Counted from the stretch's first letter, positions 1-9,610 are shown. The stretch: DNA of 64,000 nt from Verrucomicrobiota bacterium (GCA_016935555.1 JAFGQR010000096.1:36551-100550), one strand, 5' to 3'. The notes: generated by a model from the sequence alone, not told the origin. Numbers and translations: made by a program.

Positions 1-267
1 GTCCAGGACGAGAGCGCCGACACGCCGTACGAGCAGCTCGAAGACAAGACCGTCACGCACATGCTCCAGGACATGATCACCACCCTCGACCCGCGCGAAG
101 CCACCATCCTGCGCTACCGGTTCGGCCTCGACGGCGGTTCCGAACGCACTCTGGAGGAGGTCGGCGAAAAGTTCGGCGTCACCCGCGAGCGTGTGCGCCA
201 GATCCAAAACATCGCCTTGAACAAGCTGCGCCGGATGATCGAGAAACTCGAAACCGTGCAGAAATAA
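1..267 (+). CDS. RNA polymerase sigma-70 family factor, C-terminal fragment (5' end off-window)
   Basis: Frame 1 is open from nt 1. The translation ends ...[35 protein letters not shown], which is the region 4.2 helix-turn-helix of RpoD-like sigma factors. Stop at 265-267. Confidence 0.85.
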   Translation, partial: VQDESADTPYEQLEDKTVTHMLQDMITTLDPREATILRYRFGLDGGSERTLEEVGEKFGVTRERVRQIQNIALNKLRRMIEKLETVQK

Positions 268-277
268 CCGCGTCCCG

Positions 278-820
278 ATGCATGCGCCCCCGCCGACCCC
301 CGCCGACATTCGGCGGGCCATCCGCAACGTGCCGGATTTCCCCAAGCCCGGCATCCAGTTCAAGGACATCACGCCGGTGCTGGCGGACCCGGGATTGTTT
401 GGGGGGAGCGTTGCCTGGCTGGCGGATCCGTTTCAGCCGGGCCAGGTGGACGCCGTGGTGGGGATTGACGCGCGCGGATTCATCTTTGCCGCCGCGGTGG
501 CGCTCCGGCTGCGGGCGGGCATGGTGCCGGTGCGCAAGAAGGGCAAGCTGCCCTTCGACACGTTCGAGCAAAGCTACGCGCTCGAATACGGCCAAAGCAC
601 CATCGCCATTCATGTGGACGCCTTCCGCCCCGGCAGCCGCGTGTTGCTCGTGGACGACCTGCTTGCCACGGGCGGCACCGCCCAGGCCGCCGCCCAACTC
701 GTCGAACAAGCCGGCGGCCGCATCCTCGGCATCCACTTCCTCATCGAACTGGGCTCCCTCGAGGGCCGCAAGAAGCTGCCCGGCCGGCCGATCCGCTCCC
801 TGGTCGTCTTCGCCGACTAA
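278..820 (+). CDS. apt: adenine phosphoribosyltransferase
   Basis: 180 aa with ATG start. FPKPGIQFKDITP N-terminal motif and PRPP-binding loop VLLVDDLLATGGTA, with length typical of Apt. Confidence 0.93.
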   Translation: MHAPPPTPADIRRAIRNVPDFPKPGIQFKDITPVLADPGLFGGSVAWLADPFQPGQVDAVVGIDARGFIFAAAVALRLRAGMVPVRKKGKLPFDTFEQSYALEYGQSTIAIHVDAFRPGSRVLLVDDLLATGGTAQAAAQLVEQAGGRILGIHFLIELGSLEGRKKLPGRPIRSLVVFAD

Positions 821-963
821 CCTTGACTTTTGAAACGCCTTGCGTCCAGATGCTCGCTCATGGCGAGCGTGGATGACGAACGTTGTTGGGCGCCCAGACG
901 CGCCGGGACAAGCGTGGCTGCGCCTGGCGGAGGCGTGCGAGTTGAGCCCGCTCCTTGACCCGC

Positions 964-2340
964 ATGCACGTCACAAATCTGAATCCGGACACGAACATCG
1001 GGGCCAGCGCGTGGCTGGTGGACGTGGAGGGGCATGGGCTGTTGCTGGACGCGGGCGTGCATCCCAAACGCGAGGGGCGGGCGAGCCTGCCGTTGTTTGC
1101 ACAGGCCGCGGGGCGGGACGTGGAGGCGATGGTGATCTCGCATTGCCATCATGATCATGTGGGCGCGCTGCCCGTGGCCTTGAGACACTTTCCGCGCGCG
1201 CAGGTGCTGCTCACGGAGCTGAGCTATTTCCTGGTCGAACGCGTGCTCCACAACTCGGTCAACGTGATGAGCCGCCAGCGGGACGAACTCGGCATCCGGG
1301 AATACCCGCTGTATTCGCACGACGAGGTGGACGACATCGCGCCGTTGTTTCAGGGGTTCAAATACAACCGGGACGTCGAGTGGGCCGCGGCGGCGAACGG
1401 CGGCGCCGGCACGGCGGGGCCGACGCTGGAGTTTTTCGACGCGGGCCATGCGCTGGGGGCGGCGGGCATCATGGTCCGGGGCCGGCAGGAAACGCTGTTC
1501 TACACCGGAGACGTGTGTTTCACGGATCAGACGCTGCTCAAAGGGGCGCGGTTTGAGGAGGTCGAGACGGACGTGCTGATCATGGAGACGACGCGCGGCA
1601 ACCGGGCCCTGCCCGCGGGATTCAGCCGCGAGGCGGAAGTGGACCGTCTGGCGGCAGCCATCCAGGAGGTGCTCGGCCGCGGCGGCAGCGTGCTCATCCC
1701 CACCTTCGCCCTCGGACGCACGCAGGAAATCCTGGCGCTGCTGGCGCTGCTGATGCGCGCCGGACGGCTGAAGCGGCAACCGGTGTATATCGGGGGGCTG
1801 GGGCGTGTGTTCACCGAGATCTACGACCTCCAGTCCCACCGCGCGCACCGCCAGCACACGACCCTCCAACTCCACGAAGCCCTGAACCTCGTCGTGCTCG
1901 ATCCCCGCCAGCTCGACGCCATGAAGCTGGCCGGAAGCCGGCTGTTCGTGCTGACCGCCGGCATGATGACCGAGCACACCGGCGCCCACGACCTCGCCCT
2001 GCGCCTGGCCGGCGACGAGCAGCATGCCATCTTCTTCGTCGGCTACACCGACCCCGACAGCCCCGGCGGACGGCTCAAAGCGGCCCCCCGCGGGGTCCCC
2101 TTTCCGTTCAGCGCGTCGGGCGGCGACCTGACCGTGCGGTGCGACGTCCGCAGCTTCGATCTCACCGCCCACGCCAACCGCGACGACCTGCTCGATTTTG
2201 TCGGCCAGGTGTCGCCCCGCGTGGTGCTGCTCGGGCACGGCGACGCGCCGGCGCGGCAGTGGTTCGAAACCCAGATCCAGCAGCGGTATCCCAAGGTCCG
2301 CGTGTGCCAGCCCCAGCCCGGCGAAACCCTGGCCGTCTGA
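964..2340 (+). CDS. MBL-fold metallo-hydrolase of the beta-CASP nuclease family
   Basis: HCHHDHVGALP (HxHxDH) plus beta-CASP motifs IPTFALGRTQEIL, DLTAHANRDDL and LLGHGD. The ORF-track start at 955 is TTG; the first ATG is at 964. Confidence 0.8.
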   Translation: MHVTNLNPDTNIGASAWLVDVEGHGLLLDAGVHPKREGRASLPLFAQAAGRDVEAMVISHCHHDHVGALPVALRHFPRAQVLLTELSYFLVERVLHNSVNVMSRQRDELGIREYPLYSHDEVDDIAPLFQGFKYNRDVEWAAAANGGAGTAGPTLEFFDAGHALGAAGIMVRGRQETLFYTGDVCFTDQTLLKGARFEEVETDVLIMETTRGNRALPAGFSREAEVDRLAAAIQEVLGRGGSVLIPTFALGRTQEILALLALLMRAGRLKRQPVYIGGLGRVFTEIYDLQSHRAHRQHTTLQLHEALNLVVLDPRQLDAMKLAGSRLFVLTAGMMTEHTGAHDLALRLAGDEQHAIFFVGYTDPDSPGGRLKAAPRGVPFPFSASGGDLTVRCDVRSFDLTAHANRDDLLDFVGQVSPRVVLLGHGDAPARQWFETQIQQRYPKVRVCQPQPGETLAV

Positions 2341-2355
2341 CCGGCCACGCCCCCG

Positions 2356-5300
2356 ATGGACACCGCCCCGCCCGAGACACCCGAACGCGGCCGCGAGGGG
2401 AGGCGGGTGACGTTTCTTCTCGGCCCGGCGGGCAGTGGCAAGACGTGGCGTTGCCTGTCGGACATCCGGGCGGCGCTCCGCACCTCGCCGGAGGGAGCGC
2501 CCCTGCTGCTGGTGGTTCCCAAGCAGGCCACCTTCCAGCTCGAACGCCAGCTCCTGGCCGAAGACGACCTGGCGGGCTACACGCGCCTGCACATTCTGTC
2601 CTTCGAACGCCTGGCCGAATTCATCTTCGACCAGCGGGGCCAGCCCCCGCCCGGGCTGCTCAGCGAGGAGGGCCGTATCATGGTGCTGCGCGCCCTGCTC
2701 GAGCAGCGGCGCCGCGAGTTGATCCTGTTCCATGCCAGCGCCCGGCTCCCCGGGTTCGCGCGGCAACTGAGCGCGTTGCTGCGCGAGTTCCAACGCCACC
2801 GATGGGCGGCGGAACACCTGGACCGTCTCCGCCAGGCCGTGGGGCATGACACCCCTCTGGGTCGAAAGCTGCAGGACGTGGCGTTGCTGCTGCGGGCGTA
2901 TTCGGAATGGCTGCGCGATCACCAGCTCCAGGATGCCGATGCGCTGCTCGACCTGGCCGCGGACGCGTTGTCCGCCGCGCCCGGTTCGGCGTCCCCCGCG
3001 TCGGTCCCCTCCCCGCCGGCCTCCCTGGCCTGCGCCGGGCTGTGGCTGGACGGGTTCGCGCAAATGACCCCCCAGGAGCGCCGACTGCTCCTGGCCATCC
3101 TGCCCGGATGCCGCCGCGCCACCCTGGCCTTCTGCCTCGACCAGGCACCGGCTGCCGACTGTCCGTGGCACTCGTGCTGGGCGCTGCTCGCGCGAACCTT
3201 CACCGAATGCCACGCGGCCGTCACCCGCTTGTGGGGACCGGCCGCCGTCACGGTCGAGGTGCTTCCGCGCTCGGCTGCGGGCAGCCGCTTCGCCTGCCAG
3301 CCGGCGCTGCGCCACCTCGAAGCCGCCTGGGCCCATCCCCGCCCCCCCACGCCACCTCCCCACGCCGGCGGCGGCGCCCCCGCCGGCGGCGCCGCGCCGG
3401 ACCCGGCCGCGTGGAATGGCATACGGCTCGTGGCATGCCCCAATCCGGAGGGGGAGGCGATTTGGGTGGCGCGGGACATTCTGCGGCGGGTGCGCGGGGG
3501 CGGGCGATTTCGGGACATGGCGGTGCTGGTGCGGCAGCTGGAGCCGTATCACGACGTGTTGCGGCGTGTGTTCACGCGGTATGAAATCCCCTTCTTCATC
3601 GATCGCCGCGAGGTCGTCGCACACCATCCCCTGGCTGAACTGACGCGGTCCGCGCTTCGCACCGTGGCGTTTCACTGGACATCGGCGGATTGGTTTGGGG
3701 CGCTGAAGACGGGGCTGGTGCCTGCGACGATGGCCGAGGTGGACGAACTGGAGAACGAGGCGCTCGCGCGCGGGTGGGAGGGGGCCGTGTGGCTGCAGCC
3801 GCTGCCGGAAAGCCACGGCGGCGGCGTTCTCGGGGCGCTCGAAGCGGTTCGCCGGCGCGTGCTGCCGCCGTTTCTGCGGTTGCAGGCGGCGCTGGGCGCC
3901 GCGCCGTTTGTGGTTGCCGGCAGCGGCCTGGCGGAGGCGCTGCAAACGCTGTGGAACGACCTCAACGTCGAAACCACTCTCGGCCGCTGGGGCGGCGCGC
4001 TCCCGGACACGCCCGGCGGGCCGGACCGGTCGCCGTTTGCGGTCATCCATGAAACCGTGTGGGACCAGATGCAGGGCTGGCTGGACAACCTGGCGCGGGC
4101 GTTTCCGGCGCACGCTCCGGCCCTGGCGTTGCGCGACTGGCTGCCGATCCTGGACGCCGGGCTCAACGGGCTGAGCGTGGGGATCATCCCTCCGGCGCTC
4201 GACCAGGTGCTGATTGGCGCGGTCGATCGTTCCCGCAACCCGCATCTTCAGCACGCATTCGTGCTGGGCGTGAACCAGGGGGTGTTCCCGGCGCCGCCGG
4301 CGACGCCCGGATTGTTGACGGAGGCGGACCGTCAGCAATTGGAGCGCCACGGGCACGAGTTGGGGCCCAACCCCAGGCTGCAGGCGGGACTCGAACGTTA
4401 TTACGGCTACATCGCCTGCACCCGCTCCCGGCAAACGCTCACCGTGACGTGGGCGCAGCGCGACGGCCAGGGCAAAGGGCTGCATCCGTCGGTGTTCGTC
4501 AGCCACCTGCAGCGGCTGGTTCCCGGCTTGACACCGGAGAACGGATCGGTCGCCGGGGATTGGGGTGCGGCCGAACACGCGTGCGAGCTGGTCGCCCCGC
4601 TTTGGCGGCTCGAGACGCGCCTGCCGGCAGCCTTCGGCACGGCAGGACGCACGCTGGCGGAGGTGCCGGCCCTGCGCGCCGCGCTCGATCACCTGCGCGC
4701 GCTGCGCGTCGCCGAGGCTCCGGAGCGCCTGGCCGCATCGCTGGCCGCGCGGCTGTATGGCCCGATCCTGGCCACGTCCGTCAGCCGTCTCGAGCAGTTC
4801 GCCGCCTGCCCGTTCCGGTTTTTTGTGCGTTCCGGCCTGGGGGCCGAGGAGCGGGTGCGGTTCGAGTTGGACATTCGCGAGCAGGGGCGCTTCCAACACG
4901 AGGTGCTGGAGCTCTTCCACCATCAGCTCGCCCGCGAAGGCCGCGCCTGGCGCGACCTGACGCCGGCGGACGCGGCCGCGCGCATCGGGCGCATCGCGGA
5001 CGATCTGACGCCGCGGTTTGGCGGGGGCGTGATGCTGGCCACCGAGCAGAACCGGTTTCTTGCCGCCACTTACAAGGCCGCCCTCCAGCGGTTCATCGGC
5101 GTGATGGTCGCCTGGATGGCCCAATACCAGTTCGATCCCGCCGCCGTCGAACTCGGCTTCGGGTTGCCGTCAAGCCCCCTGCCGGCCTGGGAACTCGACC
5201 TGGGCGGCGGCCACCGCCTCGCCTTCCGCGGACGCATCGACCGGGTGGACCTGTGGCGCGACCCGTCCTCCCGCGCGGCGCGGTGCGTGGTGATCGATTA

Positions 5301-5886
5301 CAAATCCGGACAACGGAAGCTGGACCGTGTGCTCCTGGCCCACGGGATTCAGCAACAACTCCCGGCCTACTTGAACGTCCTCCGGCGCCTGCCCCAGGCC
5401 GCCGCCCTCTTCCACGCCCGCACCCTGGATCCCGCCGGCGTCTTCTTCGTCAACCTCCGCGGCACCTGCCCCGCCGGCCCCCATCGCCGCGAGGTCCTCG
5501 ACCGCAAGGCCGAAACCCAACGCCTGGCCTACCGCCACCAGGGCCTCTTCGACCTCGCCGCCCGCACCCTCCTCGACAACCGCCCCGATGCGCACTCCGG
5601 CGACCAGTTCCCCTACCGCCTCCGCCAGGATGGCCAACCCTGCCGCAACAGCTTCGCAGCCCTCCCCACCACCAAGTTCCACGCCCTGCTCGACCACGCC
5701 GAAACCCTCCTGCGCGACATGGGACAACGCATCTACGCCGGCGACGTCTCCATCGCGCCCTACCAGAAAGGCACCGACAAAGCGTGCGACCACTGCGAGT
5801 TCGCCTCCATTTGCCGGATCGACCCCTGGACCCATCCCTACCGCGTGCTCAAAGAGGATGCCCCCGAAGGTTCCGACGACCCCTAA
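2356..5886 (+). CDS. addB: AddB-type ATP-dependent helicase/nuclease subunit (PD-(D/E)XK nuclease with Fe-S cysteines)
   Basis: 1176 aa. N-terminal Walker A LLGPAGSGKT. C-terminal RecB-type nuclease motif VVIDYKSG. Fe-S cysteine pattern AACPFRFF ... CDHCEFASIC (C-x2-C-x5-C), as in AddB/RexB. Confidence 0.8.
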   Translation: MDTAPPETPERGREGRRVTFLLGPAGSGKTWRCLSDIRAALRTSPEGAPLLLVVPKQATFQLERQLLAEDDLAGYTRLHILSFERLAEFIFDQRGQPPPGLLSEEGRIMVLRALLEQRRRELILFHASARLPGFARQLSALLREFQRHRWAAEHLDRLRQAVGHDTPLGRKLQDVALLLRAYSEWLRDHQLQDADALLDLAADALSAAPGSASPASVPSPPASLACAGLWLDGFAQMTPQERRLLLAILPGCRRATLAFCLDQAPAADCPWHSCWALLARTFTECHAAVTRLWGPAAVTVEVLPRSAAGSRFACQPALRHLEAAWAHPRPPTPPPHAGGGAPAGGAAPDPAAWNGIRLVACPNPEGEAIWVARDILRRVRGGGRFRDMAVLVRQLEPYHDVLRRVFTRYEIPFFIDRREVVAHHPLAELTRSALRTVAFHWTSADWFGALKTGLVPATMAEVDELENEALARGWEGAVWLQPLPESHGGGVLGALEAVRRRVLPPFLRLQAALGAAPFVVAGSGLAEALQTLWNDLNVETTLGRWGGALPDTPGGPDRSPFAVIHETVWDQMQGWLDNLARAFPAHAPALALRDWLPILDAGLNGLSVGIIPPALDQVLIGAVDRSRNPHLQHAFVLGVNQGVFPAPPATPGLLTEADRQQLERHGHELGPNPRLQAGLERYYGYIACTRSRQTLTVTWAQRDGQGKGLHPSVFVSHLQRLVPGLTPENGSVAGDWGAAEHACELVAPLWRLETRLPAAFGTAGRTLAEVPALRAALDHLRALRVAEAPERLAASLAARLYGPILATSVSRLEQFAACPFRFFVRSGLGAEERVRFELDIREQGRFQHEVLELFHHQLAREGRAWRDLTPADAAARIGRIADDLTPRFGGGVMLATEQNRFLAATYKAALQRFIGVMVAWMAQYQFDPAAVELGFGLPSSPLPAWELDLGGGHRLAFRGRIDRVDLWRDPSSRAARCVVIDYKSGQRKLDRVLLAHGIQQQLPAYLNVLRRLPQAAALFHARTLDPAGVFFVNLRGTCPAGPHRREVLDRKAETQRLAYRHQGLFDLAARTLLDNRPDAHSGDQFPYRLRQDGQPCRNSFAALPTTKFHALLDHAETLLRDMGQRIYAGDVSIAPYQKGTDKACDHCEFASICRIDPWTHPYRVLKEDAPEGSDDP

Positions 5887-6396
5887 CGAGGCGCGGCCTC
5901 AGACCAGTCCAGCGGGCGAGGCGGTCGTGAGGGGTTGAAGCGTCCAACGGGCTTGGGGAGGGAGGCGCCTCGTTAGAGTTGTCCGCTTCGCGGACAGGAA
6001 AGACGTCAGACATTTTCAACCGCCGCGCAGCGGCGGGATAGAGTCCTTCACGATCGCCCCGCAACTTGCGCCTTGCAGCGCACAAAGTTGATCTGCGAGC
6101 AACGTCTTTCACGGGTCAAGAACTCCAGCGAGGCGCGCCTCAGACTGTTCGAGGCGGCCGTTGGCATCGAGACGGAGGCGGGGTGGCGAGCGGCCCGAAA
6201 GCAACGGCGCCTCGAACCTCTTGAGGCGTCAGAACCTTCCCGCGCCCGTGCGTCGACGAGGCCTGAAGCCGTCCCGCATCGCACGCGACCGCACTCCGCC
6301 TCGGCGCGCGGTGAATAACTTTTTCGACAATGTTCTCGACAACCGGTGCGGTTGCGCGTTGACTTGCGGGCGAGGATTGGAAGGAGGTTATCACGC

Positions 6397-7200
6397 ATGC
6401 CCACGCGACAGCGTCCGACGCGCCGAAGGTGTTTTGTCGAGGAGGCGGGTGCCGGGAGGGAGCCGGCGTTCACTCTGATCGAGCTGCTGGTGGTGTTTGG
6501 GATCGTGGCGCTGCTGGCCGCGCTGCTGTTGCCGGCCCTGGCCCGGGCGAAACATCAGGCCCGCACCGCCGCGTGCCTGAGCAACGCCAAGCAATGGGGC
6601 CTGGCCTTTCTGATGCACACCGAGGACAACGACGGCATCGTGCCCGAGGAGGGCAACACCCTCGCGCCCATCGCCCACCCCCAAAACCGCGTCGCCTGGT
6701 ACGAAACCGTGCCGCCGTCGCTGGCCCTCGAGCCTCTGACCGCCCTTTACGCGGCCGGCGCGCCGCCGATGCCCGGCGTTCCGTCGCTGTTCGCATGCCC
6801 GGAGGCGCCACGCCCGGACTTCAGCCCGGACGCCCATGGCAAGGCGTATTTCATGTACGGCATGAACGGCCGGCTCTGCATCAACAAAGGGGGCGCCACC
6901 CGCCGCGTGCCCAACACCCGCCTTTCGAGCGTGCTCCGCCCCGCCGACACCATCTTCATCGCCGAAGTCAACGGCAACTACCCCGCCGCCGGACGCAGCC
7001 AGTCCAATGTCACCGGCCGTTACGCCATCGGCCGCCACGCGGGGCGCGGCGTCTTTGCGATGACCGACGGCGCCGCGCGCCTGATCGCGACCAACGAGTT
7101 TCGCCGCACCCCCACCGAAGCCAACCGCGCCGCCGCCGAATGGCGGATCGAGCGGAGCGTGTATTGGTATCCCAGCCCCTTCACGCCCAACGGACCATGA
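6397..7200 (+). CDS. prepilin-type N-terminal cleavage/methylation domain protein (type II pseudopilin-like, H-X9-DG class)
   Basis: [25 protein letters not shown] prepilin motif and C-terminal [12 protein letters not shown] (H-X9-DG). AAGGAGG at 6381-6387 lies 9 nt upstream of the ATG at 6397. The ORF-track start 6346 is probably too far upstream. Confidence 0.85.
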   Translation: MPTRQRPTRRRCFVEEAGAGREPAFTLIELLVVFGIVALLAALLLPALARAKHQARTAACLSNAKQWGLAFLMHTEDNDGIVPEEGNTLAPIAHPQNRVAWYETVPPSLALEPLTALYAAGAPPMPGVPSLFACPEAPRPDFSPDAHGKAYFMYGMNGRLCINKGGATRRVPNTRLSSVLRPADTIFIAEVNGNYPAAGRSQSNVTGRYAIGRHAGRGVFAMTDGAARLIATNEFRRTPTEANRAAAEWRIERSVYWYPSPFTPNGP

Positions 7201-7486
7201 GCCCCGTCGACACCGTTCCATGCAATCCCAATGAACGCCAAGGCATGCGAATTCCGCCTCGGCCGCAGCCGATCGGCGCGCTGCATTCGCGGCCTCTCGC
7301 GCGGCTCCGCGGCTCCCAACCCGAATCGTCCCGGCGCGCGCGCGAGTGTGATTGGAACACGCCGGCCCCTCACCCTCCCGTTCCACCCGGATCGCGAACC
7401 GGAACCCGAACCCGAACCCAAGGCCGAACTCAATTCCGAACCCAACTCGAACTCACAACACAAACACAAATTCAACCATTGAAATT

Positions 7487-9610
7487 ATGAAAAGGATGTT
7501 TCTCATTCTCATGGCCGCGTGGGGCGCGGCCACCACCGTGCCGGCAAGCCTGATCCTCGACGAACCGTTCGATTATCCCGACGGCGTTCTGACGAATGCG
7601 GCGGCTGGCGTCTGGCTGGCCCACAGCGCCGCTGCCGGGTCCGTGGAGGTGGTGTCAGGCCGGGCGGCGCTGGCGGCCAGCAACCGCGAGGACGTCCACC
7701 GCGTGCTGGACGGCGGCCCTTACAGGGACGGCGTCTTGTATGCCAGCTTCGCGCTCAACGCCAGCGCGCTGCCCGGTTCCGCAGGCAACTTCTTCGCCCA
7801 CTTCAATTCCAGCTCCTTCCGCGCGCGCGTCTTCGCCACCACCGCCGGCGCCGCGCCCGGCTTGTATCGGGTCGGCGTCGCCAACGGCGCCTCCTCACCG
7901 AGCGCCACTGTGGCCACCGATCTGGCTCCCGGCGTCGACTACCGCGTGGTGCTGCGCGTCACCCTCAATCCCGTCGCCACCACGCTCTGGATCGACCCCG
8001 AATCCGAGGCCGGCGCGGTGGCGCGGGCGGAGGCCACGGATGCGGCGACGGCGGTGGCGTTCAGCGCGTTTGCGTTGCGGCAGGACACGGGCATTGGGGC
8101 GTTGGCGCTGGATGATCTGAGGGTGGGGCTCACGTTTGCCGAGGTGGTTCCGGGCGGCTCCGGAGCGACCAACCCGCCTGTCATTGGCGCGCTGGCGGAC
8201 CAGTCCATTCCCGCGGGCGGGTCGACACCGGCGCTGGCGTTCGAGGTCAGCGATCTGGAAACGCCCGCGGGCAGCCTGGTGGTCACGGTCTCCTCGTCGA
8301 ATCCCGTCCTGGTGCCGAACAGTCCGGACCATCTCGTGCTGGGCGGGAGCGATGCTCTCCGGACGCTGAGCGTGGTGCCCGCCTCGGGCGTCCAGGGGCG
8401 CGCCACGATCACGGTCTCCGTGCGGGACGGCGACGGCAACGTGGCGTCCACCCAGTTCGAAGTCGTGGTGGGAGCGCCCGTCATCGCTCCCATCCCCAAC
8501 CAAATCACCGTCGTCGGCCAGCCGACGTCCCCGGCCTCCTTCCTCGTCGGAGATGCCGAGTCCCCCGCCGCCCAACTCGTGCTGTCAAGCTTCTCCTCGG
8601 TCCCGTCGCTCCTTCCGGAGCCGGGCATCGCGCTGGGCGGCAGCGGCTCCAATCGCACGGTGACGGTGACGCCCGCGGCGGGCCAGAGCGGCTTGGGTTA
8701 TGTCACGCTCACGGTGAGTGACGGGGACAACGCGGCGGCGGCGACCTTTGCGGTAAGCGTCAATCCGTTCACGGGAACGGATCTCGAGGAGCAGTTCAGC
8801 TGCGGCGACGGGCCGCTGGTGCTCCAGGCGTCGCCCGCCTGGGAGCACGCGGCGGGCGCCACCAATGACCTCCACGTCCAAGACGGCCGGCTTGCGCTCG
8901 ACGAAGCCGGCACGGAACAGGTCCGCGCATGGTTGTCCGGCCCGGCGCACGAGGGTTACGACGCCCACTCGGGCTGCGTGATTTACGCGAGCCTCACGGT
9001 GCAATGCATCGCGCCTCCCGCCGGCGCCGGCGCCTGCTTCGCCCACCTTGCCGGCAGCGACAACGGCGACTCCAGGGCCCGGCTCGCCGTCAGCTCGCAG
9101 GGCGCGGCGCCGGGCGCCTGCCGCCTGGGCATCGCCAACGGCACCCCCGCGCCGGGCGTGTTCCACCCGCGGGACGTGACGCCGGGCGAAACGGTGACGG
9201 CCGTGATGCGCTACACCGTCGGCACGGCCGAAACCGTGTTGTGGGTGAATCCCGGGGCGGAATCGGACACGGCCGTCGCGGCCACGGACATGGCGGTGCC
9301 GGTGGACATTGCGGCCTTTGGCTTTCAGCAACCCGACGGGATGGGCGTGCTGGCGATCGACGACCTGCGCGTCGGAGGCGCCTTCGCCGCCGTGGTCTCG
9401 CCGCCCGCGGCCCGACTGCAGTGGCGCCAGGTGGGAAGCGCGCTGGAGATTTCATGGCCGGTCTTGCCTGCGGGCTACGTGCTCCAAAGCACCACCACCT
9501 TTCCCAACGGATGGTCCAATCACCCCGACCCAGGCACCACCGCCGACGGAAAAACCACCGTGACCGTGGAGCCCTCCCACGGAAGCCAGCTCTTCCGACT
9601 GGCGAAATGA
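7487..9610 (+). CDS. secreted repeat protein: two copies of a ~200-aa jelly-roll-like domain flanking two Ig-like repeats, plus a C-terminal FRL module
   Basis: Signal peptide MKRMFLILMAAWGAATTVPASL at the internal ATG 7487. Duplicated domain: ...YASFALNA..NFFAHF..YRVGVANG..TLWIDPESE..ALDDLRVGLTFAEV versus ...IYASLTVQ..ACFAHL..CRLGIANG..VLWVNPGAES..AIDDLRVGGAFAAV. Function unknown. Confidence 0.75.
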   Translation: MKRMFLILMAAWGAATTVPASLILDEPFDYPDGVLTNAAAGVWLAHSAAAGSVEVVSGRAALAASNREDVHRVLDGGPYRDGVLYASFALNASALPGSAGNFFAHFNSSSFRARVFATTAGAAPGLYRVGVANGASSPSATVATDLAPGVDYRVVLRVTLNPVATTLWIDPESEAGAVARAEATDAATAVAFSAFALRQDTGIGALALDDLRVGLTFAEVVPGGSGATNPPVIGALADQSIPAGGSTPALAFEVSDLETPAGSLVVTVSSSNPVLVPNSPDHLVLGGSDALRTLSVVPASGVQGRATITVSVRDGDGNVASTQFEVVVGAPVIAPIPNQITVVGQPTSPASFLVGDAESPAAQLVLSSFSSVPSLLPEPGIALGGSGSNRTVTVTPAAGQSGLGYVTLTVSDGDNAAAATFAVSVNPFTGTDLEEQFSCGDGPLVLQASPAWEHAAGATNDLHVQDGRLALDEAGTEQVRAWLSGPAHEGYDAHSGCVIYASLTVQCIAPPAGAGACFAHLAGSDNGDSRARLAVSSQGAAPGACRLGIANGTPAPGVFHPRDVTPGETVTAVMRYTVGTAETVLWVNPGAESDTAVAATDMAVPVDIAAFGFQQPDGMGVLAIDDLRVGGAFAAVVSPPAARLQWRQVGSALEISWPVLPAGYVLQSTTTFPNGWSNHPDPGTTADGKTTVTVEPSHGSQLFRLAK

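Noticed and set aside
817-5124. 1435-aa ORF on the minus strand, antisense to the beta-CASP and AddB genes
   Set aside because: The translation is R/G/A/P/H-rich junk with no motifs, while the opposite strand carries clear MBL/beta-CASP and AddB signatures. Long stop-free antisense frames are expected in high-G+C DNA with GC3-rich codons.
6073-6318. 81-aa ORF, and overlapping 84-141-aa ORFs on both strands, in the addB/pseudopilin intergenic gap
   Set aside because: Translations are R/A/E/S-rich and coincide with the inverted repeats. There is no start context and no motif.
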